A DNA stretch of 47,000 nucleotides, from NCBI GenBank assembly GCA_947631755.1, contig CANRMO010000001.1, positions 1 to 47,000 of the forward strand, in the 5' to 3' direction. Below the pieces are notes generated by a model that saw only the letters and a list, made by a program, of their open reading frames with translations, did no database searches and had not been told where the DNA came from. Of this stretch, positions 16,990-28,042 are shown piece by piece; within the stretch, counting starts at the first letter, position 1; every line of letters begins with the position of its first letter. The DNA comes from an uncultured Lachnospiraceae bacterium (lineage in GTDB: Bacteria > Bacillota > Clostridia > Lachnospirales > Lachnospiraceae). Position numbers and translations under genes: made by a program.

Positions 16990-19056
16990 TTATTCGATCG
17001 CAATATATTTATATACCCTTGTCTCATATCCTGCCAGAGTGTATTCCCCGGCCTCCATTCCGCCGGTGTACATATTTTCCATCTCTCTCTTCAGGAAAAT
17101 GGCCTGCGGCTCTCTGGAGAAATTCAGCAAAAACAGAAATCCCCCGCGGGCGTCCCCGCCCTCCGACCGCACAGCGAGCTCCACCTCCGCTGGCAGCTCC
17201 ACCACTTCACCAAACGGCTCAGCAGCCCCCAGTTTCTCCAAAAAGATCTGCGCTACATCTGCGGTAAAAACAGAGCCATAGTAATAAGTCTCCCCGTGTC
17301 CATAACGGTTATGTACGAGAGCGCCCGCCCCCTTGTAGTATCCCTCACTGTACGATGCCAACACCTCCGCGTCCCCGCGCGCGGTGATCTGGTCATTGAA
17401 CAAAGTTGTCCTCAATTCTGTGCCGTCCCACACAGCTTTCACGGAGCCGTCCTCCGGGGAAACCGCCGTGTACTCTGGGATATCCGCCCCGGCCAGATCC
17501 CGCACCAGGCCCGGCAGCCTGTCCGTGACGCAGATTCCGTGGATGTCTTTCACCGCTGTGCGGCAGCCAAAAACAAGCGTGCCACCCTGCCCCACATAGT
17601 GTTTTAAGATCTCCTCCCTCTCCTCTGTGAGAATGACACCGTGGGGGTAAAATACCACGTCATACCGGGAGAGATCCCCCTCCCCGCAGTGATCCAGATA
17701 GACATAATCATAAGGGGTGTGGGTGTGCTGGCACGCCTGGAAAAGCCCCCAGATACTCGCTTCATCCAGATTCCTCTGCCACACATCTGCCTGGTCATTC
17801 CATATGTTGTCATAATCTCTCAAAACTGCCACCCTGGCCCGGTACTCCGTACCCGCAACACACGCAAGCTTCTCCAGTTTTTCATGGATCTGCCCCACCT
17901 CCGCCAGACGGCGGTTGTCGCGCCCGGAGTAATCCAGTATCCCGTGCCAATACATCTCCGTGCCCTTTGTGACCGTGCGCCAGCGGAAGTAACTGACAAA
18001 ATCCGCCCCGTGGGCCACACTCTGCATCGTCCACAACGTAATCTGCCCGGGTTTTGGCACCGGCGCCATCATTTCCATGCTGCCATTTGCCCCAGACTGC
18101 TGCTCCATTATGCCAAAATTTTTTGAGATCGAGCGGACTTCCGACAAATGCTTACTCCAGTTCCGGTCCTTTGTCGGATCCTCCCTGAAATACAGGCCAT
18201 GACAATATGAAAAGTTCGGATAGGAATCATACATGATAAAATCCAGGCTCTCTTCTGTCATGCGGTGGGAGTCCAGATTGCCAAACAGCCCGTTAGTTGT
18301 GATAAAATCCCCCGGCTTTTTATATTTGCACAGAATATCGCTCTGCAATTTCGCATAGCTGCATGCGCTGTCTGAAATAAACCGGTAAAAATCCAGCTTA
18401 CGATGAGGATTCACGCGGTTTGTCGGCGTCGGCCGCGGCACATCCACTTCCTGCCAGTCCGTGTAAGTCTGGTTCCAGAAAATTGTTCCCCACGCCTTAT
18501 TGAGTTCCTCCAGCGTGCCATATTTTTTCTTTAAAAATGTGCGGAAAGCAGCGGCGTCACTCTCCGAATAAAATTCCGCGATCTCACAATTCAGCTCATT
18601 GTCTATCTGCCAGCCCACCACCGCGGGATGCCCGGCGTAATGGGCCGCCGATTTTTCTACGATTCTCTCTGTCAGCTCCCGGTATTTCGGGGAGTTGTAA
18701 TTATAATGACGACGGAATCCGTGCCGGAACGGGACGCCCTCCGCTGTTGTATTTAATACTTCGGGGTATTTTTCTGTCAGCCACGCCGGCGGCGTGGCGG
18801 TGGGCGTACAAAAGATCACTTTCATACCCACACTCTCTGCCAGAGAGAGGAAGCGGTCAAAAAAGTCATAGTTGAATACGCCCTCCTCCGTCTCGATCAG
18901 ACTCCAGGCAAATTCTGCAACCCGGACTGTCTCTATACCGCTGGCTAACATCCGTTTCAGGTCTCCCTCCCATTCGCTCTCCGGCCAGTGTTCCGGGTAA
19001 TAGCACACGCCGAGAGTAATTCTCTTTCCGTCGATCAGATTCATATTTTCCTCCAT
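16990..19056 (-). CDS. Beta-galactosidase, GH42 (start may be ATG 19044)
   Basis: [39 protein letters not shown]. Confidence 0.93.
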   Translation of the reverse strand: MEENMNLIDGKRITLGVCYYPEHWPESEWEGDLKRMLASGIETVRVAEFAWSLIETEEGVFNYDFFDRFLSLAESVGMKVIFCTPTATPPAWLTEKYPEVLNTTAEGVPFRHGFRRHYNYNSPKYRELTERIVEKSAAHYAGHPAVVGWQIDNELNCEIAEFYSESDAAAFRTFLKKKYGTLEELNKAWGTIFWNQTYTDWQEVDVPRPTPTNRVNPHRKLDFYRFISDSACSYAKLQSDILCKYKKPGDFITTNGLFGNLDSHRMTEESLDFIMYDSYPNFSYCHGLYFREDPTKDRNWSKHLSEVRSISKNFGIMEQQSGANGSMEMMAPVPKPGQITLWTMQSVAHGADFVSYFRWRTVTKGTEMYWHGILDYSGRDNRRLAEVGQIHEKLEKLACVAGTEYRARVAVLRDYDNIWNDQADVWQRNLDEASIWGLFQACQHTHTPYDYVYLDHCGEGDLSRYDVVFYPHGVILTEEREEILKHYVGQGGTLVFGCRTAVKDIHGICVTDRLPGLVRDLAGADIPEYTAVSPEDGSVKAVWDGTELRTTLFNDQITARGDAEVLASYSEGYYKGAGALVHNRYGHGETYYYGSVFTADVAQIFLEKLGAAEPFGEVVELPAEVELAVRSEGGDARGGFLFLLNFSREPQAIFLKREMENMYTGGMEAGEYTLAGYETRVYKYIAIE

Positions 19057-19118
19057 TCACGCACACTTCTATGACCCGGCCCGGCCGGAATTATGCGCCT
19101 CTCTGCTATAGAAACCAG

Positions 19119-19865
19119 TTACGCCTTGCAGGCCCCGTCAACTGACAGGATCTCACCCGTCACATAACTGGCCAGATCACTTGCAAGGAACAAAAATGCA
19201 TTCGCCACTTCCTCCGCCTCCCCGGGTCTTCCCATCGGGATTTTGGCACTGATCATATCCACAGCCGCCTGGGGCAGCGAAGCAACCATATCTGTCTTTG
19301 TCACACCCGGCGCCACCGCATTGACGCGGATATTATCTTTGCCGAGCTCCCTGGCCAGCGAAACCGTCAGGCCGTTGACCGCATATTTACTGGTCGGGTA
19401 TCCAATCCCCGACGGCTGCCCGCCGATGCTCACCATTGAACTTGTATTGATGATGCAGCCGCATCCCTGTTCTTTCATAATTTTAACTGCCGGCAAAATG
19501 GCATAAAATATCGCCTTTACATTTAAGTCAATAACCCTGTCAAACTCCTCTGCCGTGTAATCATATATAGATGTGCTCTGTGAAATCCCCGCGTTGTTTA
19601 CAAGAATATCAATCTTTCCGTACTTTTCCTTTACCCCAAGAACCGCCTTTTCTACTTCCGCCGCATCTGTCAGTGCCGGACACATTCCCTCCGTGATCCA
19701 CTCCGGGTTTTCCTCCTTCAACTGTGCAAGAGCATTGTCAACAGTCTCCTGGCGGGATCCAAAGAGCACAACCTTTGCGCCGTTCTGGAGATATTTGCGG
19801 ACAACTTCAAACCCGATCCCTCTCGTTCCCCCGGTCACTATCGCAACTTTTCCTTCTAATAGCAT
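19119..19865 (-). CDS. SDR oxidoreductase, probable 3alpha-hydroxysteroid (bile acid) dehydrogenase
   Basis: TGGTRGIG, NNAG, YPTSK; FGSRQETVD and SSMVSxxGQPSGxGYP segments resemble gut BaiA-like 3alpha-HSDHs as I recall them; start moved to ATG 19865. Confidence 0.8.
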   Translation of the reverse strand: MLLEGKVAIVTGGTRGIGFEVVRKYLQNGAKVVLFGSRQETVDNALAQLKEENPEWITEGMCPALTDAAEVEKAVLGVKEKYGKIDILVNNAGISQSTSIYDYTAEEFDRVIDLNVKAIFYAILPAVKIMKEQGCGCIINTSSMVSIGGQPSGIGYPTSKYAVNGLTVSLARELGKDNIRVNAVAPGVTKTDMVASLPQAAVDMISAKIPMGRPGEAEEVANAFLFLASDLASYVTGEILSVDGACKA

Positions 19866-20127
19866 AACATCACATTCCCTTCTCAGACATTTATAATTCT
19901 TTTTCATTATATAATAGATAGTCTGTTTTGTCATCCGTATTCTTATACAGATAAGTTTCACTGCAATTTCTCTTTCGTCGTTTCCCATAAAACTGACATA
20001 TTATTTTCATAATTTTTATCTGTTTCTGACCTTTAAAATTCAGAAGAGGTATGTTACAATGATATCTGTCATATTTTACGTACTAGTGAATATTCTTTCA
20101 AAAGTTATAAAAACGGGAGGTTAGTTT

Positions 20128-22311
20128 ATGAACACAAAAAAACATACAGTAAAAACTATATTAGCCTTGTTGACTATTCTGGCTGTCTCTCTCTGCAGCA
20201 CAGTCTATACCAAGGCATCCGGGGAGACAGAGCCCGCCGGGGATGGCACCGGGACCGAGGCGACCGCAGCGCCCACAGATAAGCCGGAACCCACGGAAGC
20301 ACCTACTGGCACACCCACGCCCACTGACACACCTGCGCCCTCTTATCGGGCAGCTATTACCACAGACCGCGCCGCCGGCCAGTGCAATTATACTCTCAAG
20401 GGGGTTGATCCTGAGCAGACAACCAGCGTAACACTGCAGGTTTCCCGCAAAGATAACAAGACGGTTGCCCTGAGCAGGCCGATCACGCTTAACGAGACAA
20501 ACTGCGTAAACAAAACACTGAGCGGATCATTTTCACTGAGCGATGTGAAAAATACTTATGCAGAGTACACGGTAGCTTTCCTCACTGGCACTTCCACAGT
20601 GTCCGCGGGGGTCTGTGATTTTTCGATCCACACAAAGAATATAAAGCTGACTGTGACCGGCAATAAGGAAACGTCCACACGGACAGTAACAATGACATCC
20701 ACAGAACCGACAGGCGGCGTCATCGCCCCGGGGGCCGGCAACCAGGTCTCCATCTATGCGTGGGCAAATGGCACAAAAGAATCAGCTGCCAAACTGATTG
20801 GCGCGGCGACAAATGTCTCCGGCAGCAGCCTTGCCTGGACGATCAACACATCACTCGGCGGTGTAAATTACGGCATCTGGAACACTAAGCTCATGCTCAC
20901 CAGTAAGACAAATAAGGCATTGAACATGAAACTCGCCCAGGCGACATATGAGGTAAACCCGATCTTTTCCTCTCTGACAACGACAAAGACAAAAGATCTC
21001 GAGAAGAAAAAATCTTTCGGCGTTTACTTAAAGGGACTAAAAAATCCCTATGCCATAAAGAAAGTTCAGTTTTACATTTTTAATGCCAAGGGATCAAAAG
21101 TGGCAACTGTGACCGGCAAATCAAAAAATTCAACGGGCACGCGTTACTATGCCGCCATCTCACTGAAAAAGCTGAACTATAAGCTGGAGAAATATACTGT
21201 AAAAGCAGTTTTTACGGACATCAATAATTCCATCAAAACACTGGATGCTGTGGCAACGGCAGATGAGCGCGTCCAAAAGGGAACACTCTCTGTCACCAAA
21301 AAGAAAAAAGCAAAATGTACATATAAATTAAGTAACGCTTATATCCCCGGCAACATTAAAAAAGTGAAATTTGTCATTTTCAAGGGCTCAAAGAAAATTG
21401 ATTCCTTTAAGGCAAAAGGAAAATCCGGGAAATATACTTATACAATGAAAAATAAGCGCACAGGGCGCTTCAAAATCCGGGCCTACGGATACACCAGCTG
21501 GGGCACAAAAATCCTGCTCGGCACAGAATCCTATAAACTGGGCAAAAAAGATATGGGCAAAAACGGCTGGTATTACGAAAAGTATAACGGCAAAAAATAT
21601 AAATTTTATTATAAAAATAATGAAAAGCAGACGGATCTGACAAAGATACTGAAATTAAAAGAGAGCAGCAGCTCCCACACAAATAATTTCTATATTGAGA
21701 TCAACCGGGCCGCCTGCGTAGAAAATATTTATATGTATAACGAAGAGACAGATAAATACGACATACCAGTCAGAACCTGTACTGTATCTGTCGGGAGCGA
21801 TACATCCACAGTAGCCGGAAGCGGCGGATTGAATACAAAATCCTACTATACACCTATCGGAACTTATTCGATCTGCTCAAACGGCCAGTCTGTCAAATAC
21901 ACAGTAAAGCCAATGTATGAGCCGGACGGCAAGATCCTCTATGCGAGGTGGGCCACCCACATCGTGGGCAATGTGTATTTCCACGCCATTGCCGTGGGTT
22001 CAGATTCACATTACTCGCTGCCGGCCTCGACCTACAACCGTCTCGGCACACCGGCCTCCGCCGGCTGTATCCGCATGACTGTGGCAGATGCCAAGTGGAT
22101 TTACGACTACGCCTCCACAGGCACGAAAGTAAAAATTGTCAAGGGGAACTCTTCCAAACCAGGTCCTCTCGGCAAAAATAAAACAATTAAGAGCAATGTC
22201 AACTACGACCCGACTGACCCTGCTGTGCCGCTCTCAAGAAAGAAAGCGGACTACAAAGCCAAACGCATCAGCGGCTACATGACCAAGAAGGGAGTCAAAG
22301 TCGGTTATTGA
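20128..22311 (+). CDS. Secreted L,D-transpeptidase (YkuD domain) with Pro/Thr linker and basic Ig-like repeats
   Basis: Signal peptide; TPIGTY, YFHA...[12 protein letters not shown] catalytic motif near C-terminus. Confidence 0.9.
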   Translation: MNTKKHTVKTILALLTILAVSLCSTVYTKASGETEPAGDGTGTEATAAPTDKPEPTEAPTGTPTPTDTPAPSYRAAITTDRAAGQCNYTLKGVDPEQTTSVTLQVSRKDNKTVALSRPITLNETNCVNKTLSGSFSLSDVKNTYAEYTVAFLTGTSTVSAGVCDFSIHTKNIKLTVTGNKETSTRTVTMTSTEPTGGVIAPGAGNQVSIYAWANGTKESAAKLIGAATNVSGSSLAWTINTSLGGVNYGIWNTKLMLTSKTNKALNMKLAQATYEVNPIFSSLTTTKTKDLEKKKSFGVYLKGLKNPYAIKKVQFYIFNAKGSKVATVTGKSKNSTGTRYYAAISLKKLNYKLEKYTVKAVFTDINNSIKTLDAVATADERVQKGTLSVTKKKKAKCTYKLSNAYIPGNIKKVKFVIFKGSKKIDSFKAKGKSGKYTYTMKNKRTGRFKIRAYGYTSWGTKILLGTESYKLGKKDMGKNGWYYEKYNGKKYKFYYKNNEKQTDLTKILKLKESSSSHTNNFYIEINRAACVENIYMYNEETDKYDIPVRTCTVSVGSDTSTVAGSGGLNTKSYYTPIGTYSICSNGQSVKYTVKPMYEPDGKILYARWATHIVGNVYFHAIAVGSDSHYSLPASTYNRLGTPASAGCIRMTVADAKWIYDYASTGTKVKIVKGNSSKPGPLGKNKTIKSNVNYDPTDPAVPLSRKKADYKAKRISGYMTKKGVKVGY

Positions 22312-22324
22312 AAGGAGTTTACTC

Positions 22325-23548
22325 ATGACTGTATATGATGAGTTAGTCGCCCGCGGACTGATCGCCCAGGTGACAGACGAAGATGAGATTAAAAAATTGA
22401 TAAATAATGGAAAGGCAACTTTTTACATTGGCTTTGACCCCACCGCCGACAGCCTTCACGTGGGCCACTTTATGGCACTCTGTCTCATGAAGAGACTACA
22501 GATGGCGGGAAATAAACCAATTGCCCTGATCGGCGGCGGCACCGGAATGATCGGCGACCCCACCGGACGCACTGACATGCGCCAGATGATGACAACAGAG
22601 ACAATCCAGCACAACTGCGACTGCTTTAAAAAACAGATGGAGCGTTTTATTGATTTCTCAGAGGACAAGGCCCTGATGGTAAACAACGCCGACTGGCTGC
22701 TGGATCTGAATTACATTGAACTTCTCCGGGAAGTCGGCGCCCATTTCAGCGTAAACCGCATGCTGGCAGCCGAGTGCTACAAACAGCGCATGGAAAGAGG
22801 CCTCAGTTTTCTGGAGTTCAACTACATGATCATGCAGAGCTATGACTTCATGGCCCTCTTTGAGAAATACGGCTGCAACCTGCAGTTCGGAGGCGACGAC
22901 CAGTGGAGCAATATGCTCGGCGGCACAGAGCTGATTCGGCGCAAACTGGGCAAAAATGCCTACGCCATGACAATCAACCTGCTCTTAAATTCCGAGGGCA
23001 AGAAGATGGGAAAAACCCAGAAAGGCGCTGTCTGGCTGGATCCGGACAAGACATCTCCTTTCGAATTTTACCAGTACTGGAGAAATGTAGACGACGCCGA
23101 TGTGCTCAAATGTATCAAAATGCTGACTTTCCTTCCGCTGGATGAGATAGAATCTATGGAGAGCTGGCAGGGGAGCGAGCTGAACCGGGCAAAGGAGATC
23201 CTCGCTTACGAGCTGACTAATATGATCCACGGTGAAGAAGAGGCAAAAAAGGCACAGGAAGCTGCAAGATCGCTGTTTTCCAGTGGATCCGCCGCTGATA
23301 TGCCTGCCGTGGAACTGACCGATACAGATTTTGAAGACGATTCCATCGGAATACTGAACCTTCTCTCCAAAGCCGGACTTGTGCCGTCTAACTCAGAAGC
23401 CCGCCGGGCAGTCCAGCAGGGCGGCGTCAGTGTGGACGGCGAAAAAGTCACCGATATACATGCTGCTTACACAAAAGACATGTTTACCGGAGACGGCATT
23501 ATACTGAAAAAAGGCAAGAAAAACTTCAGAAGAATTACTGTTTGCTGA
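22325..23548 (+). CDS. tyrS: Tyrosine--tRNA ligase
   Basis: [27 protein letters not shown]-terminal S4 domain. Confidence 0.98.
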   Translation: MTVYDELVARGLIAQVTDEDEIKKLINNGKATFYIGFDPTADSLHVGHFMALCLMKRLQMAGNKPIALIGGGTGMIGDPTGRTDMRQMMTTETIQHNCDCFKKQMERFIDFSEDKALMVNNADWLLDLNYIELLREVGAHFSVNRMLAAECYKQRMERGLSFLEFNYMIMQSYDFMALFEKYGCNLQFGGDDQWSNMLGGTELIRRKLGKNAYAMTINLLLNSEGKKMGKTQKGAVWLDPDKTSPFEFYQYWRNVDDADVLKCIKMLTFLPLDEIESMESWQGSELNRAKEILAYELTNMIHGEEEAKKAQEAARSLFSSGSAADMPAVELTDTDFEDDSIGILNLLSKAGLVPSNSEARRAVQQGGVSVDGEKVTDIHAAYTKDMFTGDGIILKKGKKNFRRITVC

Positions 23549-23581
23549 TCACACCTTATAATATAACCGAGGTCTATCTTC

Positions 23582-25219
23582 ATGAAAGTATTTTTAGTAG
23601 AAGACGAATTTGTCATCCGGGAGGGAATCAAAAACAATGTGGCGTGGGAAAACAACGGATTTGAATTTTGCGGCGAAGCAAGCGACGGTGAACTGGCTTT
23701 TCCTATCATAAAAAAGGAACTTCCCGATATTGTCATCACCGATATCCGCATGCCCTTTATGGATGGCCTGGAATTGAGCCGGCTGATCAAAAGGGAACTT
23801 CCGCAGACAAAAATAATTATTCTCAGCGGCCACGAAGAATTTGAATACGCCAAATCCGCCATACAAATCGGAGTAGAGGAATATCTTCTCAAACCCATCA
23901 ACGGGGAAGAACTTCTTCAGGTAGTGCGCCGGGTCGCGGACAAGATCCGGGAAGAGAGAGAAAATACAGAAAACCTCAAAAAATATCAGGCGGACAGCCG
24001 GGAAAATCTCGAAAATGCCAAGGGCAGGCTTTTTGCTGACCTGATCAGCAATGAGCCCGCCTTGACAGAGGTGATTGACCGCAGCCGGGAAATCGGCTTG
24101 GAACTGACGGCAGAGTGTTATAACATTTTTCTCCTCAAAGTACAGAGAGAACAGCAGGGCTCGGTTTACTCACAGCGCATTGTAGAGATCTATGACGCTG
24201 TGAATCAGTTTCTGGAACAATATAACACAAGTATTATCTGCTTTGACCGGGTACTTGAGGGAAAGGCTTTTCTTTTTATGGGAGAGAGCGAAGAAAATAT
24301 CAATAAAAAAATCTTTCTCTTCACCGAATTTTTCACACAGACAGTTTCCCGTTATACTGGCATCTCCTATTTCGGAAGCATTGGCCGGGCCGTATCACGG
24401 CTGAGAGAGCTGTCTCTGTCCTATGAGGCAGCCAGCCACGCTTTCGCCTATCGTTTTCTCATTGATGAAAACCAAATCATCCGCATTGAGGATATCAAAA
24501 AAACGCCAGAGAATAAACTGATGGAAAATAACTGCCATATTGGCAGTATAGACACGAGTAATCTCGACAAGAGAAAGATTGACAATTTTCTCCGGGGCGG
24601 CGATGTGGGAGAGATCCGCTATTTTGTGGAAGAATATATAAAGAACATCGGAGAGGCGGGAAATAATTCGCTGATATTCCGCCAGTACATCGCCATGGAT
24701 ATGTATTTTGCCGCTGTCAATTTTGTGAAACTCATTGACCCGGACGGCACTCTGCAGATCGAGGAACCATTTCAGTCCCCGGAACAGATGCAGGACATCA
24801 TTTCTAAATTGTCCAGCACGGTAGAATATATTGTGGATCTGTTCCGAAAAGTGATGAACCTCCGGGACCGCCAGATGCTCGAACACAACAGCGATGTAGT
24901 AGAGACAGCCAGGCAGTATATATTGGAAAACTACGGAAATGAGGATATCACACTGAACAGTGTCGCATCCCATGTAAATGTCAGCCCCAACCATCTGAGC
25001 GCTCTTTTCAGCCAGAAAACCGGGCAGACTTTTGTTAAATACCTGACAGATGTGCGCATGAACAAAGCAAAAGAGCTTTTAAAATGCACGAACAAGAGAA
25101 GCAATGAAATCAGTGAGGAGGTGGGGTACAAAGACCCCCATTACTTCTCCTACTTATTTAAGAAGAATCACGGATGTACTCCGTTGCAGTACAGAGAGGG
25201 GAATGGTATCTCACAATGA
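23582..25219 (+). CDS. YesN-type response regulator (receiver plus AraC HTH)
   Basis: LVEDE, TDIRMPFMDG, YLLKP; C-terminal AraC signature EVGYKDPHYFSYLFKK..GCTP. Confidence 0.95.
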   Translation: MKVFLVEDEFVIREGIKNNVAWENNGFEFCGEASDGELAFPIIKKELPDIVITDIRMPFMDGLELSRLIKRELPQTKIIILSGHEEFEYAKSAIQIGVEEYLLKPINGEELLQVVRRVADKIREERENTENLKKYQADSRENLENAKGRLFADLISNEPALTEVIDRSREIGLELTAECYNIFLLKVQREQQGSVYSQRIVEIYDAVNQFLEQYNTSIICFDRVLEGKAFLFMGESEENINKKIFLFTEFFTQTVSRYTGISYFGSIGRAVSRLRELSLSYEAASHAFAYRFLIDENQIIRIEDIKKTPENKLMENNCHIGSIDTSNLDKRKIDNFLRGGDVGEIRYFVEEYIKNIGEAGNNSLIFRQYIAMDMYFAAVNFVKLIDPDGTLQIEEPFQSPEQMQDIISKLSSTVEYIVDLFRKVMNLRDRQMLEHNSDVVETARQYILENYGNEDITLNSVASHVNVSPNHLSALFSQKTGQTFVKYLTDVRMNKAKELLKCTNKRSNEISEEVGYKDPHYFSYLFKKNHGCTPLQYREGNGISQ

Positions 25220-26703
25220 ATATACGCCGCTTCTTCCAGTGCGCTCTACAGCGGGCGCTGGGCCGTTTCTGGGGCCTGAGCATGACTAAAAAGATCATCC
25301 TCGTCCTCCTTCTCGTACTTATTCCCATGGCAATCCTTGTCGGCGTCTGGTTTATCAGTATCATGCGATACAATGAACAATACGGCAAGGCGCTGCGCAA
25401 CACATCTGTTATCAGCGAATTTAGCCTGGATTTTAAAAAAAATTACGATTACAAAATCTATCTGATCGTGGCGGGGAGCAAATCCTATAGCAGCCAGGAT
25501 CCGATAAAGGATATCCGCGAGGCAAAAAAGATCGTGGCCGAAGTAGGAAAAATGACGGAAAATGAACAGAGCCGCCAGATCATACAAGTGACAAAAAAAT
25601 ATATGGACCGGCTGCAGCAATATACCGAGCAGATTCACACCAACATACTGGAGGGCAGCCACTACGATGAAAATAAAGATATCTGGGAAAACGGGATTCA
25701 GTCCATCACAGCTTCCATACAGGAGAACATATTAAAACTGCTCTATTATGAAAATCTACAGGGAGTAGCGGTCTACAATGATATGCAGACTATGACACAT
25801 ACCCTCCTGTTTGTCAGCATCCTGCTCTTTATTTCTCTGTTTATATTTGCTATTATAATCATTACGATTATTTCAAAGACAATCGTAAAACCCGTTCTGG
25901 ACCTTATCAATGTGACAGAACAGGCCGCCGACGGAAACCTCGCAGTCCGGGCGGACATCCGCAACGGCCCGGAAATGAAAGCACTGGGATATTCGCTGAA
26001 TGTGATGATCCAAAAGATTTCATCACTGATTGACCAGGTGACAAAAGAGCAGACCATGCTGCGGGAAGCAGAGATTGAACTTCTGCAAATGCAGATTAAT
26101 CCTCATTTCCTCTACAACACACTGGACACGATCGTGTGGCTGGCCGAGGCCGGAAATAAGGAATCCATGATACAGATGGTGGAAAATCTCTCTGAGTTTT
26201 TCCGCTCCTCCCTGAATGGCGGCAGAGATATTGTGCCTATTTCCTCCGAGGTCAGGCATATTTCCAGTTATCTACAGATACAGCAGGTCCGTTACCAGGA
26301 TATTCTAGATTATGAGATCTGGATATCAGAAGATATAGAATCCTACCTCATTCCCAAGATTACACTGCAGCCCCTGGTAGAAAATGCCCTCTACCACGGC
26401 ATCAAGCATAAGCGCGGACTGGGAAAGATCCGGGTCTCTGGGAAAAAGACCGGTGACTCTATTTTATTCACAGTAGAGGATAACGGGATTGGCATGAAGC
26501 CAGAGCGTCTCCGCCAGGTAAAAGAGGGGCTGACACACCACCACGAGGACAAATCTGATTTCTATGCCCTCTACAATGTGAGCGAACGCATCCGCTTAAA
26601 ATTTGGAAGTTCCTATGGCCTGAAACTTTACAGCAAGTACTCGGAAGGGACAAAAGTTGAAGTCTGGCTTCCCCTGATGAAAAAAAATCAACCATTATCA
26701 TAA
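25216..26703 (+). CDS. YesM-type sensor histidine kinase
   Basis: Two TM helices, HAMP, QINPHFLYNTL, QPLVENA, DNGIGM; ATG 25216 overlaps upstream TGA. Confidence 0.95.
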   Translation: MNIRRFFQCALQRALGRFWGLSMTKKIILVLLLVLIPMAILVGVWFISIMRYNEQYGKALRNTSVISEFSLDFKKNYDYKIYLIVAGSKSYSSQDPIKDIREAKKIVAEVGKMTENEQSRQIIQVTKKYMDRLQQYTEQIHTNILEGSHYDENKDIWENGIQSITASIQENILKLLYYENLQGVAVYNDMQTMTHTLLFVSILLFISLFIFAIIIITIISKTIVKPVLDLINVTEQAADGNLAVRADIRNGPEMKALGYSLNVMIQKISSLIDQVTKEQTMLREAEIELLQMQINPHFLYNTLDTIVWLAEAGNKESMIQMVENLSEFFRSSLNGGRDIVPISSEVRHISSYLQIQQVRYQDILDYEIWISEDIESYLIPKITLQPLVENALYHGIKHKRGLGKIRVSGKKTGDSILFTVEDNGIGMKPERLRQVKEGLTHHHEDKSDFYALYNVSERIRLKFGSSYGLKLYSKYSEGTKVEVWLPLMKKNQPLS

Positions 26704-26739
26704 AATATCTAACCTTTTCACGTAAAAAAATAAAATTTT

Positions 26740-26784
26740 GAAAAACAGTCCGAAAAAACTTCATTGTTTTTCGGGCTGTTTTTC
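26740..26784 (+). terminator. Stem-loop after the two-component genes
   Basis: GAAAAACAGTCCGAAAAA / TTTTTCGGGCTGTTTTTC inverted repeat. Confidence 0.65.
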
Positions 26785-26846
26785 TATATTATTTCTATTA
26801 TAGAGAGCAGGAACGGACTCTACAAAACTAAAAGGAGGATTACAAC

Positions 26847-27923
26847 ATGAAAAAGAAAACAATCAAGAAAATGGTGGCAGGATTTCTCGCTGCCATGATG
26901 ACATTTTCACTGACGGCCTGTGGAGGCAGTTCAAACAATGCCGGTACCAATTCGACCGAAAAAGATTCTTCCGGTGACGGCAAAATCACTGTGGGATTCT
27001 CACAGGTAGGTGCGGAATCCGACTGGCGCACCGCCAATACAGAATCCATGAAATCAACTTTCTCCGCGGAAAACGGATACAACCTGATTTTTGACGACGC
27101 ACAGCAGAAACAAGAGAACCAGCTGTCTGCTATCCGTAACTTTATCCAGCAGGAAGTGGATTACATTGTACTGGCACCAGTAACAGAGACTGGCTGGGAC
27201 ACGGTTCTCCAGGAGGCAAAAGACGCCGCAATTCCCGTTATCATCGTAGACCGTATGGTTGACGTAAAGAGCGACGATCTCTACACTGCATGGGTTGGCT
27301 CCAACTTCGAGCTTGAGGGCAAGAAAGCTGCTGAATATCTGAAAGCTTATCTTGAAGCCAAAGGCAAAAAAGAAGCTCCAAAAATCGTAGATATTCAGGG
27401 TACGATCGGCGCTTCCGCACAGATTGGCCGCACAAAGGGACTGGAAGATGGCGTTTCTGCAAACAAGTGGAATCTTCTGGACAAAACAACAGGCGAGTTC
27501 ACCCAGGCCAAAGGCCAGGAAGTTATGGAATCATTCTTAAAGAAATACAAAAATGATATTGACCTCGTATACTGTGAGAATGACAACGAAGCTTTCGGGG
27601 CAATTGACGCAATCAAAGCGGCAGGTTACACCGTAGGAGCAGACGGAGACATGATGATCTTCTCTTTCGACAGCACAAAAGCAGGCCTGAAAGATGTACT
27701 CGATGGAAAGATCACTCTCAACACTGAATGTAATCCGCTCCATGGCCCGAGGGTTGAAAACATCATCAAACAGTTGGAAAAAGGTGAGACTCCCGATAAA
27801 CAGGCCTATGTAGATGAAGAAATGTTTGCTCACGATGACACGGTAAAATCTGTGACCGTTGACGGGAAAGAATATCCGGTAACCGTAGTTACAGAAGACG
27901 TAATCAAAGAACGCAAATATTAA
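26847..27923 (+). CDS. ytfQ: Sugar ABC substrate-binding lipoprotein, YtfQ (galactofuranose)-like
   Basis: LTAC lipobox; VGFSQVGAESDWRTANT, DAQQKQENQ, PVTETGWDTVLQEAKDA. Confidence 0.85.
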   Translation: MKKKTIKKMVAGFLAAMMTFSLTACGGSSNNAGTNSTEKDSSGDGKITVGFSQVGAESDWRTANTESMKSTFSAENGYNLIFDDAQQKQENQLSAIRNFIQQEVDYIVLAPVTETGWDTVLQEAKDAAIPVIIVDRMVDVKSDDLYTAWVGSNFELEGKKAAEYLKAYLEAKGKKEAPKIVDIQGTIGASAQIGRTKGLEDGVSANKWNLLDKTTGEFTQAKGQEVMESFLKKYKNDIDLVYCENDNEAFGAIDAIKAAGYTVGADGDMMIFSFDSTKAGLKDVLDGKITLNTECNPLHGPRVENIIKQLEKGETPDKQAYVDEEMFAHDDTVKSVTVDGKEYPVTVVTEDVIKERKY

Positions 27924-28042
27924 ACCTGCATATGTGCCCGGAAATTCGGGACTACATATAACCTAAACTTGCCATGGGTGTGCCATACCATATTTTGTTA
28001 CCGTGTTATGGCACACCCGATTTTTAAGAAAAGGGGGAAAAA

